A stretch of 64,000 nucleotides of DNA, taken from a virus. Location of the stretch: IMG/VR virus record IMGVR_UViG_3300006037_000005, positions 1-64,000 of that record; one strand, given 5' to 3'. The translations under genes and the position numbers were made by a program. Numbering within the stretch: the first letter of the stretch is position 1; each line of letters begins with the position of its first letter. The notes beneath the pieces were generated by a model. That model was not told the origin of the DNA. It saw only the letters and a list, made by a program, of their open reading frames with translations, and ran no database searches. Shown one piece after another: positions 31,059-40,442 of this stretch.

Positions 31059-33164
31059 TTAAAAATTTATTTTCAAAATTCTTTGGTGAGATCCTTTAAC
31101 TTTTACTATTAAAGAATCTCTCACCGTACAATTGAATCCTATATCAGATAATTGTTTATCTGATGGTTCTACCATTTTGTAATTACCAAGCATATCGATG
31201 GCTTTTCTACTACCCATCAATTCACTATTTAATTGGTCAATATGGAATGCTCTCATTGGATCTTGAGACTTGCAATCTTGTATCATAAAGAAATATTCTT
31301 TAGTTCCAATATTGTTGTCACCCCAATGGTTTGGTGAAGAACATACCAAATTAACTTTATGGAATTGATTTGTTTCTATATTCCACAGATTTTTACTAGA
31401 ATTTGTGGTGCATGGCAATTTGTGTTCTATGTTAAATTTACCGTTTTTGAGTGTTATGTCTGCCACTGGTATTTTACCAACCACTGGCTTATTATATTCA
31501 TAGCAGAACAATTCACCTTCGAACTCTATTTCAAATTTGAAACCTTTCGACGAATTGCGACCACTGAATTGATTGACATAAAAAGAATAAACACCATCCT
31601 TCATTTCATTGATACTTCTGAAATATATGTTCTCAACAGCCAATTTTCCTTTTGGGTTTGTGTTATCTAAATCAAGTTGTCCTCCACAATTAGAAAAAAG
31701 ATTACTAGAATCTTTTCTAAAACCAGTATTGTATCCAATAAATTGATTGGTTGATTGTTTGCACCATACATCAAGATCAGAAGAATCAGAACCAGATTCA
31801 TTCCATATCATTGATGCTCTTAGTACACCGTCTATGTTACCACCAGCGGTTTTTACAGCCTCTTTTATCATAGATTTTCCACTGAGATTACCATTGTAGG
31901 TCCAACTGAAAGTGTTATCCCATTTAAACAGATTTTTGGCTGTTTTATTTTTCGCTGTAAACAATGATACTAGATTACCTTCAAATCTATTCTCCATGAA
32001 GACCTCAATAGAGTTTGCCACAGGAAGAATGTCTGATAAAAATTTGTCTATATGGATTTCTTCCACTTTGTCAAATTCTGAACGTTTGTGTCTATTGTTT
32101 GATGATGTCACCACACCTGCCTTGCCAAATAATCCAACTGGTTTTTCTTTTGAAGCATCAATATTGGAATGTTTAATCTCTGAAACATCTATATCGTCTA
32201 TATTAGCAAATATTCTTTCAAAAGAATCTCCATAACCAAGATCTGTGATGGTTTTCTCTGCCTCCTCTATCATAGATTTTGTTACTGGTGATTTTGCTTT
32301 ATTGTAGTTGGCCGGATCAACCCTTATATTGAAGTCTTTGCAAACTTTATTAAGTTCTTTACCTTCAACCAATTCTATACAAGTAGTACCTATGAGTTCA
32401 TTAGCAAAACGGGCAAAAGGTGTCGATTTAAAATTGTTCCACAACCAATTACCTTGCTGATTTACAGATATTTTATTGAACTCTTTTTTGAGTTTTATTA
32501 CATCTAATACTTTGTTTAGGTACATATCTCCTTTCAACAAAGATCCTTGTTGTATCAAATCTCTCACAAGTTCCAAAGTATCAAGAGGAATCCCCATTGT
32601 TTTTCCGAACAACTGTCTTGTGGTGTTTAATTCACCAATGATAGATTCACAACTTTCTCTTTTGAAATTTATGAAATTGTTCGGTATGAACACATGGAAA
32701 TGGTTAAAGGTATAAGAATAATCTATCTTTTTACCTTTGGCTTCCTCCTCTGTTCTATAAATTTTAAATGTTTTCTCTTTACCCAAACAATAGACACCAG
32801 TATTTGTCTTATGTAGATCGATTGGAGATTCTACATAAACTGAATCTATTTCTGAATTTTTTATTCTTTCACGAACATTAATTATTGAATTTTTATATTC
32901 ACAATCTGAAATATCAAAATCAAACATTGTTACGATCTCATTGTCAACTATGGCTACAATATTAGCATATCTTTCAAAGAAATGCCTATCATTGTCACAA
33001 TTGTGTACAGAATTCACTCTCCATAAAGGATGAATATCAAAAGAATTCATGTAAATTTCCCACAAATACCCCCCAGGAACATCAGTCTTAAACAGATTCC
33101 CTGTCTTTGTGAGTACGTGGAATTGCTCCTGCATTAGTCTATTTAACTCTAAAAAATTGCTCAT
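31059..33164 (-). CDS. Large phage protein with a YfaP/DUF2135-like beta domain
   Basis: SDLDVW, GQLDLDNT, VENIYF, GVYSFYVNQF motifs; 701 aa. Confidence 0.6.
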   Translation of the reverse strand: MSNFLELNRLMQEQFHVLTKTGNLFKTDVPGGYLWEIYMNSFDIHPLWRVNSVHNCDNDRHFFERYANIVAIVDNEIVTMFDFDISDCEYKNSIINVRERIKNSEIDSVYVESPIDLHKTNTGVYCLGKEKTFKIYRTEEEAKGKKIDYSYTFNHFHVFIPNNFINFKRESCESIIGELNTTRQLFGKTMGIPLDTLELVRDLIQQGSLLKGDMYLNKVLDVIKLKKEFNKISVNQQGNWLWNNFKSTPFARFANELIGTTCIELVEGKELNKVCKDFNIRVDPANYNKAKSPVTKSMIEEAEKTITDLGYGDSFERIFANIDDIDVSEIKHSNIDASKEKPVGLFGKAGVVTSSNNRHKRSEFDKVEEIHIDKFLSDILPVANSIEVFMENRFEGNLVSLFTAKNKTAKNLFKWDNTFSWTYNGNLSGKSMIKEAVKTAGGNIDGVLRASMIWNESGSDSSDLDVWCKQSTNQFIGYNTGFRKDSSNLFSNCGGQLDLDNTNPKGKLAVENIYFRSINEMKDGVYSFYVNQFSGRNSSKGFKFEIEFEGELFCYEYNKPVVGKIPVADITLKNGKFNIEHKLPCTTNSSKNLWNIETNQFHKVNLVCSSPNHWGDNNIGTKEYFFMIQDCKSQDPMRAFHIDQLNSELMGSRKAIDMLGNYKMVEPSDKQLSDIGFNCTVRDSLIVKVKGSHQRILKINF

Positions 33165-33616
33165 CTTTCATCTCTTTTTATATTTTATTTTGTTATGATT
33201 CTCTGGTTTCCAAATTTACCCCAGTGGATATTTGATGTGTACCAAACAAAGAGAAATAGGGCGAGAAGAATCTTGGTGGTTTTATAATTTTGTTATATTT
33301 TAAAATATAACAAACAGTGTCGATTATAGAGAATATAGCGTAGAATTAATTGAAAATATATCAGTTAATACATATATGTATCCATAATTCTGTGTGTGGT
33401 TTTAAAAATCTCTTCGGAGATCACAAACGAAGTGACCATTATCTTACCTTTTAGAATTTTGATCACAGAATCGTCTTGATATATTTCATCTCCTCTTAAT
33501 AATCTTTTATATTCGATAAGATAAAAGAAACCGTTCTGTTCTTTATTGAAAAATTTCGTTATGGAAGTTCTTTTGTTTTTAGATTTTATGGTTCTAGTGA
33601 TTGCTTCCATTGTTTT

Positions 33617-34477
33617 TCAAATTTTGTGTAAATTTAAAAATTCTGAACTCTTTAGCCATTTCTTATGTTCAAGACTATACACTTCTTTCTGACTTTCTAT
33701 AAGCGGTACACAATGGGTAGATATAAAAATTTGACAATCATTTGAAACAGCTTTATTTAAAACCTCTATTAATTTAAACTGATTCCTTGGTGACAGAGCC
33801 GATTCTGGTTCATCTAGAAATATTATACAGTCTTGTGCTTTCGACAAAACACCAACCGTGAAATCAACGAGGGTTTCTCCATGTGATCTAAAATGTGACA
33901 TCAAAGCATTGCCCACACCATATCCCTTTGATCCCCCACCTGGCGTTGTATAATTATCAATGCTTGTTGTTCTTGGATTCATTTTCTCTGTATCAAAATA
34001 GAAAGTGTTTATTTCCATTTTGGAGTATTCATCCTTTATCTTAACATCTAGAAATTCTTGGTGTTTTTGCAATCCTAATAACAGTGTTGATTTACCACAA
34101 CCTTGATCTCCAACAATGAGATTTATACCAGATTTTGGTTTTATCACGAATTTTTTATTGAAACATATACCTTTGGATACTGTTATTGATTCAATGTATG
34201 ATACACCAATAGAATCTTCCCTTGATAATCCAGATTCTATTCTTGATATTTTTTCGTCATAAGTTTCTTTCATAATCACAAATTTGACATTATTTTTTAA
34301 AAATTCTTCTCTTACCCATCTTGGTAAATTCTCTTTCGATCCAGATTTTATTTGGATCTGGAGTTGAGATAATGTTTTTCTATATCTAGCACAATGATCC
34401 CAAACAATTTGGTGGGCTTTTTGTGTTTTTGTCATTGGTTTATCTGACCACCATGTTCCGCAACTCGATTTACACAT
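33617..34477 (-). CDS. ABC/AAA-type ATPase (start uncertain)
   Basis: IVGDQGCGKST Walker A, SHGE signature, IFLDEPESALS Walker B, ISTH. Confidence 0.85.
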   Translation of the reverse strand: MCKSSCGTWWSDKPMTKTQKAHQIVWDHCARYRKTLSQLQIQIKSGSKENLPRWVREEFLKNNVKFVIMKETYDEKISRIESGLSREDSIGVSYIESITVSKGICFNKKFVIKPKSGINLIVGDQGCGKSTLLLGLQKHQEFLDVKIKDEYSKMEINTFYFDTEKMNPRTTSIDNYTTPGGGSKGYGVGNALMSHFRSHGETLVDFTVGVLSKAQDCIIFLDEPESALSPRNQFKLIEVLNKAVSNDCQIFISTHCVPLIESQKEVYSLEHKKWLKSSEFLNLHKI

Positions 34478-35031
34478 AACGTAAGCAATAATTGCACCAG
34501 ATCCATCTTCATATTGTAATAGATGAAAATCTTATTATTTCACAAGTTATTAGATTTTCATCTATTATACATTCAACCAATGCACCTATTCTGTATGGAT
34601 TGGGATTATTATTGTGTTGTGGTATTTCTATATTACCAAAAATGGGTTCTTAAATTTGGTAATTTTGTATGTTTTAGATGGTTTATTTTTGAATATAAAT
34701 TCTTCTTTCTCTTTGTCTGTCAATCCAGAAGAGACAATATCATGTATCAATTGATCAATGTGGCTTGTTTTATCTCTTGATACAACAATTAACATCTTGG
34801 TGTTACCCTCTTCTTTCATCTGATGCTCCATAATTTTGTATTAATTTTTAACAATATTATATTTTGACTTCAAGATCTTGATATCTCCATTTACATATTG
34901 GAAAATAACCATGTGTGCCATTTTGATTTTTGATATGGTTTCTAGATCAAAACAATCAATATTAACATCTTGTATTTGATTTTGTACATCTGTTAAATCA
35001 GCGGTTTCGAGTATTAAAATATCTGAATTTT

Positions 35032-35301
35032 TCATTTATCATGAAGATTTTTAAATTGTAATTTTTCATGATAGGATTTCCTCTTCTCGGTATTTGCCTG
35101 TCTATTGAATTTCCTTCTATAAAGTTCAATAACACTATATTTTGGTAAGACAGCTTCAACCATTGATTTTACGGCAGAACCAAGGGATCTGTGTTCTGAA
35201 TATTCTTCATTAAGCCTGTCCAAAACAGTAAATCCAAATAATCCAGACTGTTTTTTAACAATAAATCTTTTCCTTATTTTTCTTAACAATTTGACTTTCA
35301 T
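35032..35301 (-). CDS. Basic hypothetical protein
   Basis: Start set at ATG 35301 (MKVKLL) because the longer call overlaps the tRNA. Confidence 0.6.
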   Translation of the reverse strand: MKVKLLRKIRKRFIVKKQSGLFGFTVLDRLNEEYSEHRSLGSAVKSMVEAVLPKYSVIELYRRKFNRQANTEKRKSYHEKLQFKNLHDK

Positions 35302-35315
35302 TTTATCTCTTGTTG

Positions 35316-35389
35316 TGGGGCTTGTAGGATTCGAACCTACCACCTACTGATTATGAGTCAGTTGCTCTAACCTAATGAGCTAAAACCCC
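35316..35389 (-). tRNA. tRNA with CAU anticodon, Ile2 (lysidine) type
   Basis: GGGGTTT acceptor, TAGCTCA..GGTTAGAGCA D arm, ACTGA-CTCATAA-TCAGT anticodon arm, GTAGG-TTCGAAT-CCTAC T arm, A73; CCA not encoded. Confidence 0.9.
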
Positions 35390-35565
35390 CTATTTTAAAA
35401 TGTATTTCTTGCTTGTCACATTATCTATATAATAAGCATTAAGTACAGTTTCATCAATTGAATCCAAATATGGCTTCAATTCAGCCATTGATTTGAAATC
35501 TTCTTTTATATCAGAATTTTTAGAGAACCAACCCTTCGATGGGAATTTTATGAATATTGTGTATC

Positions 35566-36003
35566 TCATACCCAACCCTTTTCTCGGTTTCTCCAGAATT
35601 TACCAAATTTACTATACATACAATAACACAAAAATTGTTTCTCTATTGTTATGGTATCTAAAGTTCTTATAAATATATTGAAATTATCAGCCCATGAGGC
35701 AAATCCTGCAACATTTTTGTTATTCATGATCCCTGATATATCCTCAAATCTTGGTATCCATTTTATAAGTTCTTTCTGTTCTTCAAGAACAAAGATTTTG
35801 ATTTCATCACAATCCTCTGTTAAAAAAGTACCAATGAAATTATTTGAATCATTTGATAAAGAATAACTTGTTACAATATAGACTTCATCTGACCCATTAA
35901 GCCCAATATTTATGAATTTATCACCAAGATAGTATCTTGTTTTCAGATCCTGTATTTCCTGTGCCTTTAAGCACATTTCAATATATTCTTTGTCAACAGC
36001 CAT
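35566..36003 (-). CDS. Hypothetical protein
   Basis: 145-aa ORF (EYIEMC.KA.EIQ, WIPR). Confidence 0.6.
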   Translation of the reverse strand: MAVDKEYIEMCLKAQEIQDLKTRYYLGDKFINIGLNGSDEVYIVTSYSLSNDSNNFIGTFLTEDCDEIKIFVLEEQKELIKWIPRFEDISGIMNNKNVAGFASWADNFNIFIRTLDTITIEKQFLCYCMYSKFGKFWRNREKGWV

Positions 36004-36185
36004 ATATTTTTATCAATTTAAACAACCGAGGTTACAATTTTTGTTGTAAATATTTGATTTTAGACCAATAAAATAATGGAGTTGTGATTCTGCAGAATCA
36101 AGTATGATGGCTTTCCTTTCTTCTGATGCTTTTGTATCTGAAATTATATTTAAAATTTCATTTTCCTGTTCCTTTATTCTTGCCT

Positions 36186-36692
36186 CTATGAAATCGATGT
36201 CTGTTGTTGGATCGTACATTTTCTTTCCATTTTTATTGTTAAAAATTTATTTAATCTGATTTCCATTGATTCCATTTTAACACCACTGTGTTTCATTGAT
36301 ATACCACAACCATTTTGTAATTTTGTGATGGGATGAAAGACATGGGATATCATAGATTTGTGGGCTTTTACAAATCGATATAGAGTTGATTTTGTTATGG
36401 GCATATCTTTTAGGTTCAAATATCTGATTTTGTCACGTATTTCACGTATTATGAGATTCAAATATTCTTGTGGTAAATCAAGCCTAAGATTAACGATATT
36501 TGAATCCTCCTTTATACAAGGGTCAAAAATATAATAACCGTTTGATTCAGATATGATACCAACAAATTTCCTATCAATATAGCATTCTGAAGTTTTTACA
36601 AAATACTCAATATTGAATTCCACCAGAAAATCTGATAACATCTTGTTCCTATCCATTATGGTGTGTGGAATAAAAGATCTAATTCTTCTCAT
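36186..36692 (-). CDS. Hypothetical protein
   Basis: 168-aa ORF. Confidence 0.5.
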   Translation of the reverse strand: MRRIRSFIPHTIMDRNKMLSDFLVEFNIEYFVKTSECYIDRKFVGIISESNGYYIFDPCIKEDSNIVNLRLDLPQEYLNLIIREIRDKIRYLNLKDMPITKSTLYRFVKAHKSMISHVFHPITKLQNGCGISMKHSGVKMESMEIRLNKFLTIKMERKCTIQQQTSIS

Positions 36693-36694
36693 TT

Positions 36695-37225
36695 TTAATC
36701 AAATGATTTTATTAATCCAGTATTATCAATACCCATATTTCCATACCCTATATCTGAATCTACCCCAGCTTTACTGATGAGGCTTTGATATTCATCAAAC
36801 ATAAACAGCAGATTGCTATTAAAGTTATCATATTTTATTTTCTTTCTGTTTAAAAATAGATTGTATATTGGATCAAAATCAGGATCTTTTTCTATATCTA
36901 AAGAATCGATATATGCATCTATATCATATTTGATTTTATCTGATATTGGATTTAGATATTCTTTTATACTGTAATCATAGCCAAATAAAGTTCCACAATC
37001 TATTACTTTGGCTATACATCTGTAATCTTTGTGTATACTAATCTCGTCCATCTTTTTGAAGGAGGTTTCAAAATTCTTGTGAACTGAGATTTTGATCACT
37101 AAGCCACCATATCTATAAGCAATACCCTCAGCACCATGCCCAATCTCTATCGCACCAGAGAATTTTAACCCATCTAAAATTCTCTGGTGCGATAACTTTA
37201 TATTAGCATTATTATAATTTTTCAT
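36695..37225 (-). CDS. Minimal Ser/Thr protein kinase-like protein
   Basis: IGHGAEGIAY glycine loop, VIK lysine, DIGYGNMG catalytic loop, C-terminal KSFD. Confidence 0.7.
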   Translation of the reverse strand: MKNYNNANIKLSHQRILDGLKFSGAIEIGHGAEGIAYRYGGLVIKISVHKNFETSFKKMDEISIHKDYRCIAKVIDCGTLFGYDYSIKEYLNPISDKIKYDIDAYIDSLDIEKDPDFDPIYNLFLNRKKIKYDNFNSNLLFMFDEYQSLISKAGVDSDIGYGNMGIDNTGLIKSFD

Positions 37226-38074
37226 CGCAATATATTTTGTTATGTACCATTTTTAGGCATTCTGATAGATAATACAAAAATTTGATTTATTCATTCTAGA
37301 TGTGAGAATACCATATTATAAATTTCCATTTAAAATAATATATTGAAAATCCACAATTCCCATAATACATACTGTACATGAGAAAAAACAGAACACTAAA
37401 AGTATCACCATGATAAGGAAATCTTTTAGTAATCTATTCATTATTATAGATCTTTGTGACATTATCATTTATCTCTATTGATCTTCTAACAAGGCTTAGT
37501 ATTGATTCTTTTGAGATTATGATATGTTTCAAAATTTGTGTGTGGTAAGAACCATTATGCTCTCTAATAATTGGCATTTTTGTTCTATTTCCATTACCAC
37601 CAATTTTATGTTTTTTCATTATTTTATATTATTTAAATCATAAGCATTCAGAATTGAGTTTTCATCGATTGAGGCATCAAGATAACTTCCTCCGTTTCCA
37701 GATTTATATATCTTGGCTTTTTTACTAGCTTGTACTAAAGCTTCTCGGGTATGTGATTTTGTGAACACAACCAAAGCCTCCTTAAAATCCTCTTTATCCA
37801 TGAGATACTCTGAATCACCTTCTTCAAAACTACATAAGATAGAGTATCTATCAAACAGTTCATCTATTGTTGGTATTTTGTCCATCTTGCTTTGCTTTAT
37901 GATATATCACAAAAATTAATATAAATATTGACAAAAATAGAAATATCATCAGAATGGGCAACCATAAAATACAATAAATGGTTGTTGTGATAATTTCTTG
38001 GATGTCATACCCACATTTGAATTCATTAAACAGAAATCCTGCTATAAATGAATATATAGCAACTATTAAAATTA

Positions 38075-39001
38075 TTAGCATAATGATTTTGCTTTTCTTG
38101 AAATACCTACAACTTTGGATTTTTCAACAAATGATTCTGAAACTGTATTATGTGTACCACCAGACCAATCACCTTTCAATAGGAATCCTCTGTTTGAAAT
38201 ACCAACAATTTCGAATTCAGAATTATTATAATCCAAATGTTTCACATAATCACCAATTTCTATCTTGCTCAATGATGACAATTCATTATATGCTGTCATC
38301 ATATTGCATACAACACCTTTGTAGAAATAGAAAATATCATCATTCTTCAACGCATCTCTCAATCCATCGATATTGTTGGCTATATATTCGATTGGTAATA
38401 TTTGTCTTTCTTTTAAATAAGATCCTAGCAATTTTTTGTCTACCAATACCAATTGTTCCTTTGGTCTTTCTAGCGGATCACCAACATGCTGAAGGGTATA
38501 TGATACTCTGTCTGAATCAGCAATTTTGAATAGACCTTGTATGTTATGGAAATCTCTGTGGTGGTTTTCACCAAATTTAACATATCTTCCAATATTATCA
38601 TCTTTGATGGAAGCTGAGCCATTTCTGTCTGTAAGTTCCGATATGGAAACAATTATTGCTCCATTACCATAGGAATTGGTTTGACTGCTCATTAAACCAT
38701 TGTTAAATCCAACTAAATTACAATCTGTGTTATTAAAAAATTTTGAAATTTTGAAATTTATACCATGTGGTACACCTATTTTTGGTTGGAAATCCTGCCA
38801 ATATATGACATTGTTATTTTCCTCAAAAACATATGACATAGACAGATAAGATTCAATGTCTATGTTTTCTTCTGTGTTATCCTCTTTCGCAATTTCTGTG
38901 GTTTGAACAGATTTCTCCTCTTGGGGAGATGATAAAGATGTAGATCCTCTCTGTATACCACCTGGATGTTTTTTATTACCACCAATTTTGTGTTTCCTCA
39001 T
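38075..39001 (-). CDS. Hypothetical protein
   Basis: 308-aa ORF sharing its N-terminal peptide with 37434-37619. Confidence 0.65.
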   Translation of the reverse strand: MRKHKIGGNKKHPGGIQRGSTSLSSPQEEKSVQTTEIAKEDNTEENIDIESYLSMSYVFEENNNVIYWQDFQPKIGVPHGINFKISKFFNNTDCNLVGFNNGLMSSQTNSYGNGAIIVSISELTDRNGSASIKDDNIGRYVKFGENHHRDFHNIQGLFKIADSDRVSYTLQHVGDPLERPKEQLVLVDKKLLGSYLKERQILPIEYIANNIDGLRDALKNDDIFYFYKGVVCNMMTAYNELSSLSKIEIGDYVKHLDYNNSEFEIVGISNRGFLLKGDWSGGTHNTVSESFVEKSKVVGISRKAKSLC

Positions 39002-39119
39002 AATTTTTATTTATCAATTTTTATCGAAATTAGAAAACTATTATATCTGGCTTCTTTATTATCCAATGAAACAAATTTATCACCAAACAGACTTTTGATG
39101 TAATAAATTTCAGATAATT

Positions 39120-39212
39120 CCAGATTTGATCTATTGTATAATCCAGATTTGATCTATTGTATAATCCAGATTTGATCTATTGTATAATCCAGATTTGATC
39201 TATTGTATAATC
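39120..39212. repeat. Four exact tandem copies of a 23-bp unit
   Basis: CCAGATTTGATCTATTGTATAAT at 39120, 39143, 39166 and 39189. Confidence 0.97.
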
Positions 39213-39511
39213 TGAATATTATTGTAATATTCTAAAATATCTCTACTTACATATTTCAATATCTTATCTATGAATAAATTCAGAGTTTTGAGTGATTGTG
39301 GATATTCTTCGAAGATTTTTACTTCGTTGGTATCATCATCCATTTTATGGCATCCACAACAATAATGTTTGCCGTTCAATTCAAACCAACCACTGTCAAT
39401 AGAATTTTCTATAGCTGAATTCTTATCATCCCAAAAGGAATGTTCACCATCTTGGTATAATTCACCACAACGATTACATTTTACACCATAAAAAACTTCT
39501 GTTGTTACCAT
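39200..39511 (-). CDS. Zn-finger-like protein, probably truncated by the 23-bp repeat
   Basis: CNRC...HYCCGC; its stop codon lies inside a repeat unit. Confidence 0.6.
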   Translation of the reverse strand: MVTTEVFYGVKCNRCGELYQDGEHSFWDDKNSAIENSIDSGWFELNGKHYCCGCHKMDDDTNEVKIFEEYPQSLKTLNLFIDKILKYVSRDILEYYNNIQIIQ

Positions 39512-39966
39512 TATTTCATGCTTTTACCAAATGTTTCACCATTTGAAAATTTCAAGATTTTATATGCCTCATCATATGATAGTTTCAAACCACCAACAAA
39601 TACACCGAACTCATCAAAGCCAGTTATCATGTGTTCTGCTGATATGGTTTTTGATCCTCGACCTGTCGCCACTACCCATTCCCCTTTAAAAAGATTTGAA
39701 TCTGAATTTGTAAAAGGTATTGTTACTGTTGGGTTCAAAGATTCAATTTCGAAATAAAATATAGGTTTTTTAACAAAATTCGGGAATTCAATACCAATCA
39801 TATCACCATATGAAATATCCACAACAACTCCAATCTTACCCACTGTTTCATCCATGGATGAATCCCAAGATATAAAATTTTCAGATCTTTTGTGTATGAT
39901 TATGCTACTACCAACTGATATTTTATTTGAAATCAAAAATTTCTTGGTTGCTTCTTGTCTTGTCAT
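39511..39966 (-). CDS. Hypothetical protein
   Basis: 151-aa ORF. Confidence 0.6.
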   Translation of the reverse strand: MTRQEATKKFLISNKISVGSSIIIHKRSENFISWDSSMDETVGKIGVVVDISYGDMIGIEFPNFVKKPIFYFEIESLNPTVTIPFTNSDSNLFKGEWVVATGRGSKTISAEHMITGFDEFGVFVGGLKLSYDEAYKILKFSNGETFGKSMK

Positions 39967-40442
39967 TCTGAAATTTTATTTAGCATAATATTTATTCAAT
40001 CATTTTTAAAATTCTACACCATTCCTCGGTTTTGATTTCCATATCCTTAATATACTCTTTTTCTCTGCTGATATCTTTTATGCTTTTACAATTGGTTAAT
40101 GTGGTCCATATTATATCCAATCTATCTTTTGGTATGATAAGATTACCATCACAGTTTTGCTCACAATCATACAATTGGCGATATCTGCTATCTGACTAAA
40201 CACTTCTGAAAGATATAGAAAATGCCAAATCACAATATCTTTCAGAAGTATCGATTGTATCTTCAGAATTTTATTTTCTTCCATTTTCGATCCTGCTTAA
40301 AACATCTTTTATTTCTTTGTGCATGGGCTGTGGTTCGTCACAGCCAGATTCTATATCGGATAATCCTTGATCGAAATACTTCAAAATTAGTAATATTTCA
40401 ATTAGAAGATCTTCATCTATCTTTACACTCTTTTTTGCCATA

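Noticed and set aside
35302-35343. N-terminal extension MVGSNPTSPT of ORF 35032-35343
   Set aside because: It is the translated T arm of the tRNA; the real start is ATG 35301.
39120-39212. CRISPR array
   Set aside because: Units are head-to-tail with no spacers, and no cas genes are present.
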